Shown piece after piece: positions 8,573 to 15,663 of a stretch of DNA of 55,086 nt; the stretch's first letter is position 1, and every line of letters starts with the position of its first letter. The notes below the pieces were generated by a model, which saw nothing but the letters and a program-made list of their open reading frames with translations, was not told the origin of the DNA and ran no database searches. The stretch lies in IMG/VR virus record IMGVR_UViG_3300031785_000003, positions 1 through 55,086 of that record, one strand, 5' to 3'. The stretch is from a virus. Lineage: Duplodnaviria; Caudoviricetes. Position numbers and translations under genes: made by a program.

Positions 8573-8888
8573 AGATGTTGCGTATGACAGAACTGTCATA
8601 CTTGGCACAGCACAACAGCTAGTATCTTCAGACAGACAGAAAGAACACGGAGATGCTAGTAAAAACTTTGCAATGGTAGCAGAGTTATGGAGTATATACT
8701 TGGGGGTAGACATTTTACCCCACGAAGTACCTATGATGATGACACTATATAAGATTGCTAGGACTACAGAAAACCCAACTAATGTTGATAACTATGTAGA
8801 CATTGCAGGTTACAGTGCATTGGCAGGAGAACAAGCCCCTGAAGTAGATGTTAAAGAACCTAGATTTATTAGGGGGTTTAGAAGATGA
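8553..8888 (+). CDS. DUF6378-like protein
   Basis: RQKEHGD...NF..VAELWS.YL...KIAR...DNYVDIAGY; start MPKRN behind GGAGGT. Confidence 0.75.
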   Translation: MPKRNVKDVAYDRTVILGTAQQLVSSDRQKEHGDASKNFAMVAELWSIYLGVDILPHEVPMMMTLYKIARTTENPTNVDNYVDIAGYSALAGEQAPEVDVKEPRFIRGFRR

Positions 8889-10759
8889 GGATAATCACGA
8901 TTGACTTTGAAACATATTACAGTCGTGAGTATTCCTTGTCAAAGATGACTACCGAATCCTACATCAGAGACCCTAGATTTGAGGTCATTGGTGTAGGTAT
9001 AAAGGTAGATGACAACCCACCTGATTGGTATAGTGGAGATAATGTCGGAAGGTTCTTGAACTCGTTGGACTATTCTAAAGATGCTATCGTTGCACACAAT
9101 ACTGTGTTTGATGGTGCTATACTATCTTGGATATATGGTATCAAGCCTAAGTTCTGGTTTGATACTTTGTCTATGGCTAGACCATTTCATCATTCAACTG
9201 TGGGGGGTTCTCTTAAGGCTCTGGCAAATCATTATAATCTAGGACAGAAAGGAGATGAAGTTATACAAGCACTTGGTAAGAATCGTAAGGACTTCTCACC
9301 ACAAGAACTTGACAGGTATGCTGACTATTGTTTGCAAGATGTAAACCTAACTTACGAACTGTATAAAAAACTAAAGGTTAGAGTACCAGTATCTGAACTT
9401 ATGATTATAGACCAGACGATTCGTATGTATACTGAACCTAGTATTATGCTAGACCGAAAGGTTCTGGAACAACATCTTCATAAGGTTAGAGAAGACAAGA
9501 AGAAGTTGATTGAATCTCTAGCACTTAAAGGTGTGAGTGAGGAGAGAGTTAAGAAGGCTTTGATGTCTAACCAAATCTTTGCAAAGATACTAGAAACTGT
9601 TGGAGTTGAAGCACCTATGAAGATTAGCCTACGAACAGGTAAAGAAACATATGCGTTTGCTAAAACAGATAAAGAGTTTACTGCTTTATTGGAGCATCCT
9701 AATCCAAAGGTACAAGCCTTAGTCGCAGCACGACTTGGTACGAAGTCTACCATTGAAGAAACTAGAACAGAAAACCTAATTAAAGTTTCAGACAGGGGTA
9801 GTCTACCTATACTATTAAACTACTACGGCGCACATACTGGCAGATTTAGTGGAGGTGATAAACTAAACTTACAAAACCTACCACGAAATGGAGCAATACG
9901 AAAAGCTATCACTGTGCCTGAAGGAAAGATATTGGTTGCTTGTGATTCATCACAGATTGAAGCTCGTATGGTTGCGTACATCGCAGGACAAGATGATTTG
10001 GTGCAAGCGTTCCGTGAAGGTCGTGATGTTTATAGTGAATTTGCTACTGAAGTATATGGTAAACGAGTAACTAAAGCTGACAAGATAGAGAGATTCGTAG
10101 GTAAGACTTGTATACTTGGACTAGGTTATGGCATGGGGCATGTAAAATTTAGAGCCACACTTGCTCTTGGACAAGGAGGTATTGCTGTAGATATAGATGA
10201 GAACGAGGCAAGAAGAATTGTAAACTTATACAGACAAAAGAACCATAAGATAGTATCATTATGGCATAGCTGTGGGCATGCTCTTACAGGTATGATTGCA
10301 GGGTCATCAGGTAATATATGTGAACTATTACCTTATGATAAAGATGGAATAACTTTACCTAATGGACTAAAGATAAAGTACCACGCCTTACGCAATACAT
10401 CTAATGGCTTTGAGTATATAGCTGACGCTAGAACTTTTCGTAAACTTGCACAGAAAAGAATACTGACTGGTGAACAACAGAAGATTGATTGGACTAGAAT
10501 TTATGGTGGTAAAGTTACAGAGAATGTAGTTCAAGCACTAGCTAGGATTGTAGTAGCAGAACAGATGGCGTCTATTGGACAGTCATATCGTGTTGCTTTT
10601 CAGGTACATGATGAAGTGATTATCACGACCAGGGAAAATGATTTGACTAACGCACGACAACTTGTTGAGAAACAAATGTCTACGCCACCAAGCTGGGCAA
10701 AAGACTTGCCTGTTGCATGTGAATCAGGTGTAGGTTATAATTATGGAGACGCAAAGTAA
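8885..10759 (+). CDS. polA: DNA polymerase family A with 3'-5' exonuclease
   Basis: ExoI DFETY, ExoII HNTVFD, ExoIII YCLQD, TGRFSG..NLQN, motif A DSSQIEAR, motif B KTCILGLGYG, motif C VHDE. Confidence 0.95.
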   Translation: MRIITIDFETYYSREYSLSKMTTESYIRDPRFEVIGVGIKVDDNPPDWYSGDNVGRFLNSLDYSKDAIVAHNTVFDGAILSWIYGIKPKFWFDTLSMARPFHHSTVGGSLKALANHYNLGQKGDEVIQALGKNRKDFSPQELDRYADYCLQDVNLTYELYKKLKVRVPVSELMIIDQTIRMYTEPSIMLDRKVLEQHLHKVREDKKKLIESLALKGVSEERVKKALMSNQIFAKILETVGVEAPMKISLRTGKETYAFAKTDKEFTALLEHPNPKVQALVAARLGTKSTIEETRTENLIKVSDRGSLPILLNYYGAHTGRFSGGDKLNLQNLPRNGAIRKAITVPEGKILVACDSSQIEARMVAYIAGQDDLVQAFREGRDVYSEFATEVYGKRVTKADKIERFVGKTCILGLGYGMGHVKFRATLALGQGGIAVDIDENEARRIVNLYRQKNHKIVSLWHSCGHALTGMIAGSSGNICELLPYDKDGITLPNGLKIKYHALRNTSNGFEYIADARTFRKLAQKRILTGEQQKIDWTRIYGGKVTENVVQALARIVVAEQMASIGQSYRVAFQVHDEVIITTRENDLTNARQLVEKQMSTPPSWAKDLPVACESGVGYNYGDAK

Positions 10760-10767
10760 AAGATACT

Positions 10768-11430
10768 ATGGAAAATACAAACTTAACACATTCATTCTCG
10801 TCTATAAAAATGTATGAGAATTGTCCTAAAAGATATTACCACCAGAGAATAACTAAAGAAGTACAAGACACTGGTAGTGATGCCACTATATATGGTGAAC
10901 GAGTACACGAGGCACTTGAACACAGACTAGATAAAAAAGTAGAACTACCTTCCGAATCTAAAACCTATGAACCTTTATGCAAAAGCATAGAGGGATTAGG
11001 TGGAACTTTACAAGTAGAACAGAAGCTGACACTAAGTGAAAACCTTACACCAACAACTTGGTGGGAGAAAGATGCTTGGCTACGGAGCATACTTGATGTC
11101 TTAATTATATTCGAAGATGAGGCTATCGTTATGGATTGGAAGACTGGTAAACGAAGACCTGACTTCTCACAGTTAGAGATGTTTGCACTACAAGTATTTA
11201 GTCATTACCCAAATATTAAAAAGGTCAAGTCAACTTTTGTGTGGCTGAAAGATTTATCATTAGACTCACATACATATAATAGACTAGATGCAGATGACCT
11301 ATGGGTAAAGTTATTATCAAAGACTGAACGCATTAACCAATCATTAACTAACAACAACTGGCCACCTAAACCTAGCGGATTATGTAGGTTTTGTCCTGCA
11401 AAAAATATTTGTGAATTTTCTTTAAATTAA
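10768..11430 (+). CDS. PD-(D/E)XK exonuclease (RecB/Cas4-like)
   Basis: SFSS...CP, G..VH..LE, D....MDWKTGK, QL..F, C-terminal CRFCP...C. Confidence 0.9.
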   Translation: MENTNLTHSFSSIKMYENCPKRYYHQRITKEVQDTGSDATIYGERVHEALEHRLDKKVELPSESKTYEPLCKSIEGLGGTLQVEQKLTLSENLTPTTWWEKDAWLRSILDVLIIFEDEAIVMDWKTGKRRPDFSQLEMFALQVFSHYPNIKKVKSTFVWLKDLSLDSHTYNRLDADDLWVKLLSKTERINQSLTNNNWPPKPSGLCRFCPAKNICEFSLN

Positions 11431-11433
11431 AAC

Positions 11434-11466
11434 TTGACAAGGATGTAAACAATCATTATATATAAT
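11434..11466 (+). promoter_or_regulatory. Sigma70-type promoter P3
   Basis: TTGACA 11434-11439, 17 nt, TATATA 11457-11462 (TATAAT at 11461). Confidence 0.7.
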
Positions 11467-11481
11467 AGTATAGTATATCGA

Positions 11482-11649
11482 GGAGAGTTGTCAATGGGTG
11501 AGGGCGGCTTATGAGATGTGATAATCTGATAGGTCAACTTGCATGGCACGTTCCTAGAGTAATAAAAGATAAGCCCTGTGAGTTATGGCGCAGGTGTCTA
11601 GGCAGGAACTATAACTTCCTGAAGATTGGTTCGAATCCTTTACTCTCCA
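11482..11649 (+). ncRNA. tRNA-like structured RNA with expanded arms
   Basis: Acceptor-type stem GGAGAGT/ACTCTCC+A, GGTTCGAATCC T-loop at the canonical distance from the 3' end, internal helices. Confidence 0.55.
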
Positions 11650-11670
11650 CGCTTTATACTAGGAGATAAG

Positions 11671-11967
11671 ATGAGTACCCCTGAAGGGAAAGTAAAACAG
11701 AAGTTAGACAAGGCATTGAAACAACTTGGTGTATGGTTTTACAGTCCACAAGCAGGGCCTTTTGGTAAAGCAGGCATACCTGATAGGGTAGCCATAGTGA
11801 GAGGAAGATTTGTAGGTATAGAATGCAAGGCTGATAAAAGTAAAAAGCCGACTGCATTACAAACCAAAACAATGAAGGAGATAGAAATGAATGGTGGCAA
11901 ATGTTTTTTAGTTTACGACAACGAAACTATACAAGAAGTTGTATTATATATTGAGGGTGAACAATGA
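11671..11967 (+). CDS. VRR-NUC domain nuclease
   Basis: TPEGKVK, GIPD, IECKA, PTALQ; AGGAG SD. Confidence 0.9.
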   Translation: MSTPEGKVKQKLDKALKQLGVWFYSPQAGPFGKAGIPDRVAIVRGRFVGIECKADKSKKPTALQTKTMKEIEMNGGKCFLVYDNETIQEVVLYIEGEQ

Positions 11968-13514
11968 TTGTTATTGAACAAGCAAAGGCTATTGCTCTTA
12001 AACCAAAGCACCCTAATCAAATATTACAAACAATACCTACGGCCCGTATGTTAAAGTATGACGGAGTAGAACTTGTTGTAGCACCCCACAAACTTGACGA
12101 AGTTAAAGTATTACGGAACTTAGGTTTCGAAGTACCTTCACCAATCTTACATTACTACGACTGGACAGGTCGTTTCACACCATACGAACATCAGAGAATG
12201 ACTTCAGCTTTCCTTACAATGCACAGAAGAGCATTGGTACTTAACGAGATAGGTACTGGTAAAACACAATCAGCATTGTGGGCATCAGATTATCTAATGC
12301 AGATAGGAAAGGTAAAGAAAGTTCTTATCATATCCCCCCTATCTACACTTGAAAGAGTATGGGGTGATAGTATCTTTATGAATTTTCCAAACAGAACATC
12401 AGTAACTTTACACGGAACAAGTGCAAGAAGAAAGAAGTTACTTAAAACACAAGCAGACTTTTATATTATTAACCACGATGGTTTCAATATTATATCTGAT
12501 GAGGCTGTCGATATGTTTGACCTTATTATTGTAGACGAATCTGCTGTGTTAAGAAACCCATCAACAAATAGATTTAGAACGCTCAGGAAGTTTATGGACA
12601 AACATCCTGAAACTCGTTTGTGGTTGATGACTGGCACACCAACTCCTAATGACCCTACTGATGCTTGGGCATTAGCAAAGCTAGTCGATAGTCCATACTG
12701 TACTAAAACATATACTGCTTTCAAAGAGGCTGTGATGATGAAGATAGGACAGTGGAAGTGGATACCCAGACCTGAATCAATAGCAACAGTAAAGCATATT
12801 CTGTATCCTGCTGTTAGATATACAAGAGACGAATGCTTTGACCTACCTGATACAGTCTATCAAACAAGAAAGATAGACCTCACTCCCGAACAGAAAAAAC
12901 ATTACGCAATAATGCTGAAACATTTTGTTACAGAACTTGAACAAGAAGGAACAATCACTGCTGTCAATGAAGCTGTAAAACTACAGAAACTTGTGCAGAT
13001 AAGTTGTGGTGTAGTTTACGGAGATGATGGCAGACACATTCAACTTGATTGTTCGCCACGAGTTAAAGTTATTAAAGAGATTATAGAACAAGTTGGTAAT
13101 AAGGTTATAGTTTTTGTTCCTTTAACTGGAACATTAAATATGTTGGAGAAAGAACTGTCAAAGGATTGGAACGTAGCGGTTGTTAATGGAGAAGTATCTT
13201 CTTCAAAACGAAATGATATATTCCATAACTTTCAGAACGAGAAGAATCCACATGTATTAATTGCTCACCCTGCAACTATGGCACATGGTCTAACTCTTAC
13301 CGCCGCATCTACTATTGTGTGGTATGGGCCAGTGACAAGCAACGAGCAATACATTCAAGCGAATGGCCGTATAGAAAGAATAGGTAAGAAACATGTTTCA
13401 AACATCATACACATTGAGTCAACAGATTTAGAGTATAGGATGTATGAAAGACTAAAGAATAAACAAAAACTACAAGGTCTTTTGTTAGACCTTATACAAC
13501 AGGAAACGAGGTAA
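11964..13514 (+). CDS. SNF2-like SF2 helicase
   Basis: HQ motif, EIGTGKT, IIVDES, MTGTP, HGLTL, QANGRIERIG. Confidence 0.92.
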   Translation: MIVIEQAKAIALKPKHPNQILQTIPTARMLKYDGVELVVAPHKLDEVKVLRNLGFEVPSPILHYYDWTGRFTPYEHQRMTSAFLTMHRRALVLNEIGTGKTQSALWASDYLMQIGKVKKVLIISPLSTLERVWGDSIFMNFPNRTSVTLHGTSARRKKLLKTQADFYIINHDGFNIISDEAVDMFDLIIVDESAVLRNPSTNRFRTLRKFMDKHPETRLWLMTGTPTPNDPTDAWALAKLVDSPYCTKTYTAFKEAVMMKIGQWKWIPRPESIATVKHILYPAVRYTRDECFDLPDTVYQTRKIDLTPEQKKHYAIMLKHFVTELEQEGTITAVNEAVKLQKLVQISCGVVYGDDGRHIQLDCSPRVKVIKEIIEQVGNKVIVFVPLTGTLNMLEKELSKDWNVAVVNGEVSSSKRNDIFHNFQNEKNPHVLIAHPATMAHGLTLTAASTIVWYGPVTSNEQYIQANGRIERIGKKHVSNIIHIESTDLEYRMYERLKNKQKLQGLLLDLIQQETR

Positions 13515-13516
13515 CT

Positions 13517-13924
13517 ATGGAACTAACTACAGATAAAGTTATTGCTACATACATTAAGTTGAGAGGACAGAAAGAGGCTATAGAATCTGAGGCTAAAGAA
13601 AAGGTTGCAGGTATCAAAGCTAATCTTCTTAAACTTGAGGCGTGGCTAAAAAATAAGATGGATGCAGAAGGAGAGACTTCTAAGAAGACACCCTTTGGCA
13701 CAGCCTTCATAACGACTACCGACTTTGCCCAAGTGGGAGATTGGGATGCAGTCTTGAACTTCATAAAAAATAATGAAGCGTGGGATATGCTAGAGAAAAG
13801 AGTCAGTAAGACAGCAGTGCGTGGATATATAGACCACAACAAAGCTGTTCCCGATGGTGTGAATTATGGTACACGAATAGATGTAAATGTTCGTAAGCCA
13901 GTTAACAAGGCAGACGATAAATGA
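13517..13924 (+). CDS. Hypothetical coiled-coil replication-module protein
   Basis: 135 aa, GAGGT SD, KTPFGT, DWD, VPDGV. Confidence 0.8.
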   Translation: MELTTDKVIATYIKLRGQKEAIESEAKEKVAGIKANLLKLEAWLKNKMDAEGETSKKTPFGTAFITTTDFAQVGDWDAVLNFIKNNEAWDMLEKRVSKTAVRGYIDHNKAVPDGVNYGTRIDVNVRKPVNKADDK

Positions 13925-14607
13925 TTGCACCAAAAATATCTATAAAAGGCTCACAGTTTCGTATTGTGAATGGAGAAGAAGAGACCGCATTAGATAGTAG
14001 CGTTGATGTGGTTATCGTTGGAGCAAACCCAAAACTTTCTAAGTCTTGGTATGCTGAAGATTGGTCTGAAGATAATCAATCTTCTACACCTGATTGCTAC
14101 TCACTAGATGGTATACACCCTAGCAAGAATAGTCATGCTATCCAAAATGATATGTGTGTTTCTTGTCCTCAAAATGCTTGGGGTTCTAGGACTACACCAA
14201 CTGGTAATAAAGTAAAAGCATGCGTTGACCAAAAGAGGTTAGCTGTTGTCTTAACAGAGGGCCCATTTAATCAGGCATACTTACTACAAGTTACTCCTGC
14301 GTCTTTGAAGAACTTAAACGCTTATCAAAAAGAATTGTCCATGCGTGGTATTGCACCTGAGATAGTAAGGACAAGGATAGAGTTTGATACACTAGCGTCT
14401 TTCCCGAAGCTACGATTTAGTTTTCGAGGATTCAATAGTGATAAGAATCAAACTCTTATCGATGAGCATTTGGGGACTAAGAAGACTAGGATTGTCACAG
14501 GAGAACTTGCTGTTGAAACAGGACAGTCCACCCATTCATTCGATGATTTCGGTTTTGTCGAAGAAGATGGATTTATTAATAACGAACTAGGAGGTTCAGA
14601 TGAATAA
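13921..14607 (+). CDS. Putative ssDNA-binding/annealing protein, Cys-containing
   Basis: PDCYS.DG, CVSCPQN.WGS, KAC motifs; acidic aromatic C-terminal tail; replication context. Confidence 0.6.
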   Translation: MIAPKISIKGSQFRIVNGEEETALDSSVDVVIVGANPKLSKSWYAEDWSEDNQSSTPDCYSLDGIHPSKNSHAIQNDMCVSCPQNAWGSRTTPTGNKVKACVDQKRLAVVLTEGPFNQAYLLQVTPASLKNLNAYQKELSMRGIAPEIVRTRIEFDTLASFPKLRFSFRGFNSDKNQTLIDEHLGTKKTRIVTGELAVETGQSTHSFDDFGFVEEDGFINNELGGSDE

Positions 14608-15334
14608 AACTTTTACAACCGCAAAAGGGATTGCGTACTACCCTTACATAAGTGCGCCCGACACTAAGTTTGATGAGCAAGGACACTATAAAGTTAATCT
14701 TTGTTTATCAGAGGAAGATGCTCAACCAGTTATCGAACTCATAAAACAAAGTGTTGTTGAAGGTATCAAGGCTTTGAAAAAAGATAAGCCTAATGCAGAA
14801 ATTAAACAAGCACCTTTGCCATTTAGTAAAGAGGTAGATGACGATGGTAATCCAACAGGTAATGTGATTATTAAATTCAAATCTAAAGCCGCATACAAAC
14901 CTGCTGTCTTTGATAGTAAAGGTAATATGATGACCAACTCTAATATCTATGGTGGGTCAGAGATAAAGGTGAATGGTTCGTGTGCTTTCTTTCACACAGC
15001 TATGATTGGTGCAGGTGTATCAATCAGACTTAGAGCAGTACAAGTTATCCAATATGTAGAAGGTGCGAATGGTGCTACTAAGTTTGGGTTCGAAGAAGTA
15101 GAAGGATTTACCATAGAGGAAGATGTTTCTGTAAGTGAAGCAACTCCTGCTGCAGCTGCAGAGAAGGTTGTTCCTGCTAAACCAAAAGTAGTACAAGCTA
15201 TTAAACCTGCACAGCAAGTAAAACCTGCGGCAGTACAGAAACCTGTTGAAGAACCAAAGGCGGCAAAGACTGTTAGTGGTGCTGATGACTTAGCCGCAGA
15301 GATTGCTCAGTTAGTAGGAGATGTAGATGGCTAA
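14600..15334 (+). CDS. ssb: Single-stranded DNA-binding protein, T7 gp2.5-like, with P/A/K-rich extension
   Basis: PDTKF...G.YK, P.VFDSKG, IYGGS..KV, GVS.RL.AVQVI, FGFEE. Confidence 0.85.
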   Translation: MNKTFTTAKGIAYYPYISAPDTKFDEQGHYKVNLCLSEEDAQPVIELIKQSVVEGIKALKKDKPNAEIKQAPLPFSKEVDDDGNPTGNVIIKFKSKAAYKPAVFDSKGNMMTNSNIYGGSEIKVNGSCAFFHTAMIGAGVSIRLRAVQVIQYVEGANGATKFGFEEVEGFTIEEDVSVSEATPAAAAEKVVPAKPKVVQAIKPAQQVKPAAVQKPVEEPKAAKTVSGADDLAAEIAQLVGDVDG

Positions 15335-15608
15335 TATACCACTTGATTTTAAGAAAGTGGAAGCCTTACGAAAGCATATGCTTTTAACTACAAGTAATAT
15401 GTCAGAACTTCTTGGTGTGTCTCGTATGACTTACTATGGATGGGTTAAAGGAAAACAAATCCGTAAGAATAATGATAAGAAAGTACGAAGCACACTCAAG
15501 AGTTTACTTGATATTATGACTGATGGGTGGCCTGCACCTGAAGTCATAGCTATGGAACAGAAGTATAGATTCGAAAGGCTTCTTGAAGTTATAAACAAAA
15601 CAGGGTAA
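15327..15608 (+). CDS. HTH (XRE/Cro-like) transcriptional regulator
   Basis: LRKHMLLTTSNMSELLGVSRMTYYGWVKG. Confidence 0.8.
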   Translation: MANIPLDFKKVEALRKHMLLTTSNMSELLGVSRMTYYGWVKGKQIRKNNDKKVRSTLKSLLDIMTDGWPAPEVIAMEQKYRFERLLEVINKTG

Positions 15609-15615
15609 TATAAAT

Positions 15616-15645
15616 TAAGAGGGAGTTTTTATGGTCTCCCTCTTA
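15616..15645 (+). terminator. Intergenic hairpin (attenuator or processing site)
   Basis: TAAGAGGGAG / CTCCCTCTTA 10-bp stem, no U-tract. Confidence 0.5.
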
Positions 15646-15663
15646 CAACATAGGTAGGAGAAT

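Noticed and set aside
3187-10070. Alternative-frame + strand ORFs in early genes (3187, 4797, 5129, 5834, 9888)
   Set aside because: No good SD, no local codon shift and no protein-like motifs, unlike the two accepted nested ORFs
11482-11649. Canonical tRNA or tmRNA call
   Set aside because: Too long for a tRNA with no 7-nt anticodon loop; too short for tmRNA, with no G3-U70 pair and no recognisable tag. Kept only as tRNA-like
11494-11669. 6-codon ORF (MGEGGL) coupled by ATGA to a 52-codon ORF (11511-11669)
   Set aside because: No recognisable protein features and it overlaps the better-supported RNA structure; not fully excluded
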